Origin: an uncultured Nitrospiraceae bacterium
Lineage (GTDB): Bacteria; Hydrogenedentota; Hydrogenedentia; Hydrogenedentales; SLHB01
Direction: 5' to 3'
Length of the DNA: 64,000 nucleotides
Assembly: GCA_964587655.1 (NCBI GenBank)
Contig: CAZPMT010000007.1
Span: forward strand, 12,737 to 76,736
Numbering within the stretch: the stretch's first letter is position 1; every line of letters starts with the position of its first letter. Positions 46,796 to 54,158 of the stretch are shown here, in pieces. The notes under the pieces were generated by a model that saw nothing but the letters and a program-made list of their open reading frames with translations, made no database searches and was not told the origin of the DNA. The translations under genes were made by a program, and so were the position numbers.

Positions 46796-47761
46796 ATGAC
46801 CATGAATAAGAACAGCGGCATTGGACGGCGCGATTTCTTGCGTTTTGCCGGTACGGCTGCCAGCGGTGCGGCAATGGCAACCACCGCATCAGCCCAGGCC
46901 GGTCCCTCAAGAGTGACGTTCAGGGAGTCAAAGCGCATTCCCTTGGACATACCCAATCCGAGCGCGCTGGCTGTCGGACCGGGCGGCAAACTTTATATCG
47001 GCGGCGAGAACGCCGTCATAGTTCTGGATGCCGAAGGAAAACAGGCCGCGCGCTTCGCTGTCGAGGGCCGGCCCGGCTGCCTCGCGGCATTGCCTGACGA
47101 AAAACTGCTTGTAGGATTGCGAAATCGTTTGGAGGTACTCGACTCGAAGGGCGTTCGGGTCGCGTTGTGGCAGGACTTGGGCGAGCGCGGCTACCTGACT
47201 TCAATTGCCGCCGACGAAGAGGACGTCTTCGCCGCCGATGCCGGCAACCGAATCGTGTTGCGCCTGGGCCTCGACGGGAAACTCCGCAACCGGATCGGCG
47301 AACGCGACAAGGAACACGGCGTGACCGGATTCGTTATTCCCAGCCCGTACTTTGACGTCGCACTCGATCCAATGGGGTCGCTGTGGGCCGTGAATTGCGG
47401 GAAGCACGGCATCGAAAATTACCGGCCCAATGGGGAACTGATCAGCTCATGGTATCGTTCCGGAATGGAAATGGAAGCCTTCTGCGGCTGCTGCAACCCG
47501 ATCCATATCGCATTCCGAAGCGACAGCACCCTCGTCACGGTCGAGAAAGGGATCAACAGGGTCAAGGTCTATTCGCCGGACACCAAACTGCTCGGCGTAG
47601 TCGTGGACGCGGAGGCCCCGCCGATAGCAGACAACAAAGCGCTCTTCTGCAACGTCGAGCCGCCAATAATGGACCTGGCTGTCGACCAACAAGACCGGAT
47701 TCTGCTGCTCAACAAGCCCGAAAGTACGGTCCTTGTTTACGAGGAAGATAAGAAGAAATAG
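46796..47761 (+). CDS. Tat-signal NHL-repeat six-bladed beta-propeller protein
   Basis: Twin-arginine signal GIGRRDFLRFAGTAASGAAMATTASAQA. NHL-like blades (for example VFAADAGNRIVLRLGLDGKL). Unusual Cys motif FCGCCNPIH. Confidence 0.65.
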   Translation: MTMNKNSGIGRRDFLRFAGTAASGAAMATTASAQAGPSRVTFRESKRIPLDIPNPSALAVGPGGKLYIGGENAVIVLDAEGKQAARFAVEGRPGCLAALPDEKLLVGLRNRLEVLDSKGVRVALWQDLGERGYLTSIAADEEDVFAADAGNRIVLRLGLDGKLRNRIGERDKEHGVTGFVIPSPYFDVALDPMGSLWAVNCGKHGIENYRPNGELISSWYRSGMEMEAFCGCCNPIHIAFRSDSTLVTVEKGINRVKVYSPDTKLLGVVVDAEAPPIADNKALFCNVEPPIMDLAVDQQDRILLLNKPESTVLVYEEDKKK

Positions 47762-47856
47762 CCCGGCAATCGAAACCCAGCGCGATCCTGATTTCAGTGC
47801 GATGGATGTGGTATTCTTCAAGAGGTAAAACACGTCGAGTTCAAGGAGATGCTTCG

Positions 47857-48108
47857 ATGAGACAGATGACCATAGACTATCCTGAAGCCCTCCCGGATGT
47901 CTTACAGGAAACGCCTGAACAGTTCGAGCGTGAAGCGCGGATAGCGATGGCGGTGAAATTGTTCGAAATGAAACGGATTTCGTCCGGCAGCGCCGCTGAG
48001 CTTGCCGGCATGAAGCGCGTGCCCTTTCTCCTCTTGCTCCATCAGTATGGCGTTCCCATGATCGACATAAGCGAGGAGGAACTCCTGTCTGACATCGAGA
48101 ATGCATGA
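47857..48108 (+). CDS. UPF0175-family antitoxin-like protein
   Basis: 83 aa; AAGGAG RBS 8 nt upstream. The MRQMTIDYPEALPDVLQETPEQFEREARIAMAVKLFEMKRISSGSAAELAGM pattern is typical of UPF0175. Confidence 0.7.
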   Translation: MRQMTIDYPEALPDVLQETPEQFEREARIAMAVKLFEMKRISSGSAAELAGMKRVPFLLLLHQYGVPMIDISEEELLSDIENA

Positions 48109-48175
48109 TCTGAAGGAAATCGTCATCAACACGGGTCCCTTGCTGGGGCTTGGCGTTTCTCTGAAGAGTGCCTGA
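48101..48175 (+). pseudogene. truncated remnant of a DUF3368/PIN-like toxin gene
   Basis: A 24-codon ORF overlaps the antitoxin stop (ATGCATGA). MHDLKEIVINTGPLLGLGV resembles the N-terminus of DUF3368 partners of UPF0175, then stops prematurely. Confidence 0.35.
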
Positions 48176-48199
48176 ATCGAAAACTGCGAGGAATACCCC

Positions 48200-48763
48200 G
48201 TGAAGAAGGAATCGAAAATCCACCGCCGTGATTTCATCCGCGTGGCCGCGGCGGCCGCCGCTGGCGGGGCTGCGTGGGTCGCCGCACATCCCCGGACGGA
48301 CGCCACCGTCTGGCAACTCGACCCGGTCAAGTGCGTGCAATGCGGGCGGTGCGCAACGAATTGCGTGCTGAATCCCTCGGCGGTCAAATGCGTACACTCG
48401 TTCGAGATCTGCGGGTATTGCGACCTCTGTGGCGCCTACCTGCAGCCGGGAGCGAAGGCCCGCGACAGCGGCGCCGAGAACGAGCTTTGCCCGGTCGGCG
48501 CGCTCAAACGCAGATTCGTCGAGGATCCATTCTACGAATACACGATCGATGAGGACCTGTGCGTCGGCTGCGGCAAGTGCGTCAAGGGCTGTAATACGTT
48601 CGGGAACGGCTCGCTCCAACTCCAGGTGAAGCACGACCTATGTGTAAACTGCAACGAGTGCTCGATCGCGCGCAATTGCCCATCAAAGGCGTACGAGCGC
48701 GTTCCGGCGCGGTCCGCATATCTCTTGAAGATGCGCGACGGCGGCCCCAAGGGACTGACATGA
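48200..48763 (+). CDS. Tat-exported multi-cluster 4Fe-4S ferredoxin (NapG-like)
   Basis: Twin-arginine signal KIHRRDFIRVAAAAAAGGAAWVAA. Four Cys-cluster motifs (CVQCGRCATNC, CGYCDLCG...CPVGA, CVGCGKCVKGC, CVNCNECSIARNCP). Confidence 0.75.
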   Translation: MKKESKIHRRDFIRVAAAAAAGGAAWVAAHPRTDATVWQLDPVKCVQCGRCATNCVLNPSAVKCVHSFEICGYCDLCGAYLQPGAKARDSGAENELCPVGALKRRFVEDPFYEYTIDEDLCVGCGKCVKGCNTFGNGSLQLQVKHDLCVNCNECSIARNCPSKAYERVPARSAYLLKMRDGGPKGLT

Positions 48764-50031
48764 AGTTGCCTTCTCTTGTAGCCGCCGTAATCCTCTCCGT
48801 CGTGTGGGCGCATGAAGCCGCGGCGCAGTTCCGGTTTCCCATGCCGGAGTTCGATTCGGGATACCAGCACCCGCAGACGAGTGTCCCGCCGGTGAAGAAG
48901 ATTCCGGTTGCCGTGGACATTTCAGTCCTCGCCGCCGCACTGGCCCTCACTGCGTGGGCGGTACTCAAGCGCCGTTCCCGGAATGAAGTCCTCATGATAA
49001 CGATATTCTCGATTGCATACTTCGGATTCTATCGAAAGGGTTGCATATGCCCCGTTGGCAGCCTGCAGAACGTTTTGGTCCCGTTCATTGATCGCAGCAT
49101 CGGCGTTCCGCTCGTGGTGCTGGCGTTCTTCTTCCTTCCATTGCTGTTCGCACTGTACTTCGGCCGGGTTTTCTGCGCGGCGGTCTGCCCACTCGGCGCC
49201 GTCCAGGAAGCCGCGGCCGTTTTTCCCGTGCAGCTTTCGCGTCCCGTCGAAGCCGTGCTCGGCCTCCTGCCCTATGCGTATCTTGGATTGACCGTCCTCT
49301 CCATGGCGATGGGGTGCGGGTATATCATCTGCCGTTACGATCCCTTCGTGGGTTTCTTCCGGCAAGGCGCAACCTTCAACATGTTCATTTTCGGCGGCGT
49401 CATGCTCCTGTGCGGGGTGTTCGTTGCCCGGCCGTATTGCCGGTTCTTATGTCCTTACGGTGTCCTGCTCAGGTGGGTGTCGCGGTTCTCGAAATGGCAC
49501 GCGACCATCACACCCGCCGAGTGCATCCAATGCCGCCTCTGCGAATCCTCATGTCCGTACGGCGCGATCGTAGTCCCAGTACCGAACCAACCGCCCGTGG
49601 ATCGCCGAACCGGGACCAAACGTCTCGCCCTGCTGCTACTGGCCGCGCCCGCGATCATCGCCGTCGCGGCTTGGACCGGAGCGATGTCGCACCAATTCAT
49701 CGCCCGTCTACATCCGACCGTGCTCCTGGCGGAACGCGTGGCCGCCGAAGAACAGGGCCGCTTCGCCGAGCGCTCCATCGAGAGCGACGCGTTCCGCGCC
49801 GGAAAGCAATCAACGTCCGAACTCTACGCCGAGGCAAGCGATCTGAGAGTCCGGTTCAAGTATGCTTCGGCCTGGTTCGGCGCCTTCATGGGATTGGTCA
49901 TCTGCGCCAAGCTCATCCGTCTTTCGGTCATTCGCAGGAGCGACGACTACGTGCCCGACCGCGGCGCATGCCTCAGTTGCGCACGTTGTTTCGCCTACTG
50001 TCCAGTCGAGGGCAACAATGCTAACGCGTGA
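48760..50031 (+). CDS. integral-membrane polyferredoxin (NapH/MauN/NosR-like)
   Basis: ATGA coupling to the previous gene. Signal/TM segments, membrane-proximal CICP, CAAVCP and CRFLCP motifs, and two C-terminal CxxCxxCxxxCP motifs (CIQCRLCESSCP, CLSCARCFAYCP). Confidence 0.75.
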   Translation: MKLPSLVAAVILSVVWAHEAAAQFRFPMPEFDSGYQHPQTSVPPVKKIPVAVDISVLAAALALTAWAVLKRRSRNEVLMITIFSIAYFGFYRKGCICPVGSLQNVLVPFIDRSIGVPLVVLAFFFLPLLFALYFGRVFCAAVCPLGAVQEAAAVFPVQLSRPVEAVLGLLPYAYLGLTVLSMAMGCGYIICRYDPFVGFFRQGATFNMFIFGGVMLLCGVFVARPYCRFLCPYGVLLRWVSRFSKWHATITPAECIQCRLCESSCPYGAIVVPVPNQPPVDRRTGTKRLALLLLAAPAIIAVAAWTGAMSHQFIARLHPTVLLAERVAAEEQGRFAERSIESDAFRAGKQSTSELYAEASDLRVRFKYASAWFGAFMGLVICAKLIRLSVIRRSDDYVPDRGACLSCARCFAYCPVEGNNANA

Positions 50032-51808
50032 TCAAAAGAAACGCCGGTTCACGGCGAACGAAATGGCGTGGCTGGCGTCCGTCACCGTGGCCGTCGTATC
50101 CGGCCTGTTCTCGTTCGTAGTATCAATCCTGCTTGTGGCAAACTATTTCCAGGTGCAGGCCATCACTCCGCTCGATAACCCGGAACTCCTGGCACTCCGC
50201 CAACAACTCGCCGCGTCACCGCAGCCCGATGAGAACCTCGTCCTCCGGATCCGATCTTTGGACCTGCTTACGCGCAAGGCCTTCTTTACCAGCCAGGCTC
50301 ACTTGAAGATGGGAGGTTATCTGCTGTTGGGCGGCGCGATCGTTCTGCTGATCGCGCTTCGCGCCGCCGCAAGATTCAGCCCGCGTCCTCCCATGCCACA
50401 GGGCGAGCCGCCAGCCACGGCGCATTGGATACATCAGGCGCGAGCCAAGGAATACGTTGCACTCGCGGGCGTGGTCTGGGTGGCGGCGGCATTGCTCGCC
50501 GCGTACTTCACCCAACTCGAAGCGCCCGTCCCGGCGCACGCGATTGGCACTTCAGACAATGGGTTGCAACCCATTGTCGTGCCCGGGCAACCAAAAGACG
50601 CGTCCGCCGCCACGTACCCGGATTGGGAAACCATGCAGCGGAACTGGCCGTCGTTTCGCGGTCCCGGCGGATACGGCGTCGCGCACTACACGACCGCCCC
50701 GACGGAATGGGATGTTGCGACGGGCAAGAACATAAAGTGGAAGATCGAGGTGCCGCTGCCGGGCGCCAATTCGCCCGTCGTGTGGGACAAGCGTGTGTTC
50801 CTCAGCGGCGCAACGGAGAGCGCGCGCGAAGTCTTCTGCTTCGACACGGAGACTGGCCAACTGCTTTGGCGGCGCGCGCTCGAAAAGTTGCCGGGCACGC
50901 CCGACGCGCCTCCGAAGGTCGGCGAAGACACCGGATATGCCGCGCCGTCAATGGCCGCGCACGGAGATCGCGTCTTCGCGATCTTCGCGAACGGCGACTT
51001 GGCCTGCTATGACTTCGATGGGAATCTCAAGTGGGGCAAGAACCTTGGACTCCCCGACAACCATTACGGATATTCATCTTCGCTCTTGGCGTACCAGAAC
51101 CTGCTGTATATTCAATACGACCAGAACAAGAACGGGAAGTTGATCGCGCTCGACGCCGCTGATGGCCGCGAGGCCTGGACCGTCAATCGCCAGAAGATCT
51201 CCTGGGCATCGCCAGTCTGCGTGCAAACCGCGTTCGGCTTCGAACTCGTGCTCTGTTCCGAGCAGAACGTTGATGCGTATGATCCGCTGACGGGCGCACT
51301 GGCCTGGCAGATCAAATGCCTCGGCGGCGAGGTCGCACCCAGCCCTGCCTACGGCGGCGGAATGTTCTTCGTGGCTAATGACAACGCCACCGCCACGGCC
51401 ATTCGTTTCGATGCGAACGACAAGATCCCGAAGCCTGCAATCGCCTGGCAATGGGACGAACTACTCCCGGACGTCGCAAGTCCTCTGGGCACGGACCGGC
51501 ACTTCTACGTCGCCACGTCCCGCGCCCAGATCGCCTGCCTCGACATCAACACCGGGACCGTGGCATGGGACAAGGAATTCGACGAAGGCTTCTACGCGTC
51601 GCCCATTCTCGTCGGCGACCGCATCTATGCCGTCGACATGAAAGGGACAACGTACGTGTTTAAGACGGGGCCGGTGTTCGAACAAATCGCCGCGCCGAAA
51701 CTCAACGAACCCGTCCAGGCAACGCCGGCTTTCATGGACGGTTGCATCTACTTCCGCACCGAAAAGAACCTGATCTGCGTCGCGAGGCAAGATGAACCCC
51801 CAGCTTGA
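50018..51808 (+). CDS. membrane-anchored PQQ-like beta-propeller protein
   Basis: ATG 50018 overlaps the upstream gene by 14 nt. Three N-terminal hydrophobic helices, a Pro/Ala-rich linker, then propeller blades (NWPSFRGPGG...VFCFDTETGQLLW...). Confidence 0.8.
   Translation: MLTRDQKKRRFTANEMAWLASVTVAVVSGLFSFVVSILLVANYFQVQAITPLDNPELLALRQQLAASPQPDENLVLRIRSLDLLTRKAFFTSQAHLKMGGYLLLGGAIVLLIALRAAARFSPRPPMPQGEPPATAHWIHQARAKEYVALAGVVWVAAALLAAYFTQLEAPVPAHAIGTSDNGLQPIVVPGQPKDASAATYPDWETMQRNWPSFRGPGGYGVAHYTTAPTEWDVATGKNIKWKIEVPLPGANSPVVWDKRVFLSGATESAREVFCFDTETGQLLWRRALEKLPGTPDAPPKVGEDTGYAAPSMAAHGDRVFAIFANGDLACYDFDGNLKWGKNLGLPDNHYGYSSSLLAYQNLLYIQYDQNKNGKLIALDAADGREAWTVNRQKISWASPVCVQTAFGFELVLCSEQNVDAYDPLTGALAWQIKCLGGEVAPSPAYGGGMFFVANDNATATAIRFDANDKIPKPAIAWQWDELLPDVASPLGTDRHFYVATSRAQIACLDINTGTVAWDKEFDEGFYASPILVGDRIYAVDMKGTTYVFKTGPVFEQIAAPKLNEPVQATPAFMDGCIYFRTEKNLICVARQDEPPA
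50551..50587. repeat. copy 1 of a ~37-nt palindromic element (core GACAATGGGTTGCAACCCATTGTC), inside a coding sequence
   Basis: 28 nt (50551-50578) are identical to 56911-56938, and the right flanks are similar (RTRCCCGSG). Translated in-frame as SDNGLQPIVVPG in the linker of the propeller protein. Confidence 0.85.
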
Positions 51809-54158
51809 TCTCACGGATGTCGATCAAATCGTCGCGCGGATCGGACGCGGCCAGGATTTTGTCATCCCAATCCTTCAGGCCCTTCAGAAGCGCTTTCGGT
51901 ATCTCCCTGAAGACGCGTTGCGGCGCGTCTGCGAGATTTCCGAGATCTCCCCCGCGATTATTCAGAGCGTAGCGACTTTCTTCCCGCAGTTTCGTGCAAA
52001 GCCCGCCGGAGAACACACAATCTGCGTATGCGACGGCACGGCTTGCCACCTCAAGGGTGCGCCGTCCGTCTACGACGCGATAGCCCGTGAGTTGCACCTC
52101 GGCCCGGACGAAGACACGGACAAGGACGGAACGTTCACGGTTGAGAAGATCCGCTGTCTGGGCTGTTGCACGTTGGCGCCGGCCGTTCAGATCGACGGCG
52201 TGACGTATGGCCACGTCAGCGCGGAAATCGTTCCGCAAATGCTCGACGACTTCCTCACCCACGCCGCCCAGACGCAACAGCCCGTTCAAATCAAAGATCG
52301 CCCGGAGGAGATCGACGGCGCGGAGATCCGCATCGGCCTGGGCTCCTGTTGCGTTGCGGGAGGCAGCGAAAAGATCCGCGCGGCCCTCGATGAAACCCTT
52401 GTGGCCTTCAACGTCAGCGTCCGCGTCAAACGAGTGAGTTGCGTCGGCATGTGCCACCAAACCCCGCTGCTGGAAATCCTGATTCCCGGACAGATCCCGC
52501 GGCTCTTTGCGAAAGTGCAGCCGGACGACGTTCCATCGATTGTGCTCGCGCATTTTCCGCCGCGCGGGGCCGTTTCGCGCGTTCGCGTGGCAACGGTTCG
52601 GTGGCTCGACCGTTTCTATGCCCATGAAGCGGACAATCTAATCGAGCAACGTGAGATCGATCCCCGTGAAGCGCCCGTCTCAACCTTTCTAGCCGCGCAA
52701 CGCCGCATCGCCACAGAGTGCTGCGGCGAGATCGACCCCACCGATCTCGATGAGTATTCCCGCCGCGATGGTTTTCGCGCACTGAGGCGCTGTCTGGCCA
52801 AGTCCGAGGAATCGACACTCGACCCGGAGACGATTATCGAAGAGATCGCGCGCAGCGGACTGCGGGGCCGCGGCGGCGCGGGCTTTCCCACCGCCCGGAA
52901 ATGGCAAGAAGTCCGCAATGCCGCGGGCGATCCCAAGTTCGTGATCTGCAACGGCGACGAAGGCGACCCTGGCGCGTTCATGGATCGCATGATCCTCGAG
53001 TCGTATCCATATCGCATTATCGAAGGCATGCTCATTGCCTCGATTGCGGCCGGTGCGCACCAAGGTATTGTCTACATCCGCGCCGAGTATCCCCTTGCGG
53101 TCTCGCGCGTGCGCACGGCCATCGAGAAATGCCGCGACGCCGGCATTCTCGGCGAGCGGGTCATGGGAAGTCCTCACGCGTTCCACGTCGAAGTTCGCGA
53201 AGGCGCCGGAGCCTTCGTATGCGGCGAGGAGACCTCCCTGATCGCATCACTCGAGGGACGCCGCCCCACGCCGCGCTATCGGCCGCCCTATCCGGCCCAT
53301 CACGGCCTTCACGATTGTCCCACGCTGGTCAACAACGTCGAGACGCTCGCATTAGTCCCCTGGATTATCCGAAACGGCACCGAGGCCTTCGCGAAGCTCG
53401 GCACATCCGGCAGCAAGGGCACAAAGGTGTTCGCACTCGCGGGAAAGATTCAGCGCGGCGGACTCATCGAAGTCCCGATGGGAATGACACTCCGTCAAAT
53501 CGTCGACGATATCGGCGGCGGCGTGGGTCCGGACCGGACGCTCAAAGCCGTGCAGGTCGGAGGCCCGTCGGGCGGATGCATTCCGGGAACGCTCGCCCAC
53601 TTGCCCGTCGACTACGAAGCACTCACCGAAGTGGGTTCAATGATGGGCTCCGGCGGCTTCGTCGTACTGGACGACACCGATTGCATGGTCGAGATGAGCC
53701 GCTATTTCCTCTCGTTCACGCAGCTCGAGTCCTGCGGGAAATGCACGCCGTGCCGCGTCGGAACGAAGCAGATGCTCGAGATCCTGACGCGCCTCTGCGA
53801 ACGCGCCGGCACGAAAGACGATCTCGATCATCTGCAACGTCTCGCCCGCGTCGTGAAACAGCAAAGCCTCTGCGGACTCGGCCGCACCGCCCCCAATCCC
53901 GTGCTGACCGCGATGACCTACTTCCGCGAAGAGTTCGAGGCGCACGTCGAGGGGCGCTGCCCGGCCCGGACGTGCAAAGCCTTCATCACCTATTCGATCA
54001 CGCAGGACTGCATCGGCTGCACGAAATGCGCGCAACGCTGTCCCGTCGACGCCATACGAATGGCGCCCTACGAGGTTCACGAGATCGACGCGGTGAAATG
54101 CGTTCGATGCGGCGCGTGTTACGAGATATGTCCGGCTAACGCCGTCAAGGTGGAGTGA
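51792..54158 (+). CDS. NuoE-NuoF fusion flavoprotein (HydB/HndC/HoxF-like NAD(P)H-binding Fe-S subunit)
   Basis: 788 aa. It starts with a NuoE-like 2Fe-2S region (CVCDGTACHLKGA...CLGCC) and a thioredoxin-like 2Fe-2S region (GLGSCCVAGG...CVGMCH). The NuoF part has the FMN site GLRGRGGAGFPTARKW, the NADH site CNGDEGDPGAF and the N3 cluster ESCGKCTPCR. Two C-terminal ferredoxin motifs close it. Confidence 0.85.
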   Translation: MNPQLDLTDVDQIVARIGRGQDFVIPILQALQKRFRYLPEDALRRVCEISEISPAIIQSVATFFPQFRAKPAGEHTICVCDGTACHLKGAPSVYDAIARELHLGPDEDTDKDGTFTVEKIRCLGCCTLAPAVQIDGVTYGHVSAEIVPQMLDDFLTHAAQTQQPVQIKDRPEEIDGAEIRIGLGSCCVAGGSEKIRAALDETLVAFNVSVRVKRVSCVGMCHQTPLLEILIPGQIPRLFAKVQPDDVPSIVLAHFPPRGAVSRVRVATVRWLDRFYAHEADNLIEQREIDPREAPVSTFLAAQRRIATECCGEIDPTDLDEYSRRDGFRALRRCLAKSEESTLDPETIIEEIARSGLRGRGGAGFPTARKWQEVRNAAGDPKFVICNGDEGDPGAFMDRMILESYPYRIIEGMLIASIAAGAHQGIVYIRAEYPLAVSRVRTAIEKCRDAGILGERVMGSPHAFHVEVREGAGAFVCGEETSLIASLEGRRPTPRYRPPYPAHHGLHDCPTLVNNVETLALVPWIIRNGTEAFAKLGTSGSKGTKVFALAGKIQRGGLIEVPMGMTLRQIVDDIGGGVGPDRTLKAVQVGGPSGGCIPGTLAHLPVDYEALTEVGSMMGSGGFVVLDDTDCMVEMSRYFLSFTQLESCGKCTPCRVGTKQMLEILTRLCERAGTKDDLDHLQRLARVVKQQSLCGLGRTAPNPVLTAMTYFREEFEAHVEGRCPARTCKAFITYSITQDCIGCTKCAQRCPVDAIRMAPYEVHEIDAVKCVRCGACYEICPANAVKVE

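Noticed and set aside
47447-48634. 395-aa minus-strand ORF spanning the end of the NHL gene, the TA remnant and the ferredoxin gene
   Set aside because: It crosses three independently supported + strand genes and two intergenic regions, and its composition is low-complexity. It is a frame artefact.
50546-50568. TGGCAC...TTGCA near the palindromic element, considered as a sigma54 (-24/-12) promoter
   Set aside because: The GG-to-GC spacing is about 19 nt instead of the required 10, and the site is inside a coding sequence.
52901-54139. 412-aa Arg-rich + strand ORF (and the similar 61323..62324 333-aa ORF)
   Set aside because: These are alternate frames of the NuoEF-like and FtsX-permease genes. 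Their extreme Arg/Pro/His bias is characteristic of out-of-frame translation of GC-rich genes.
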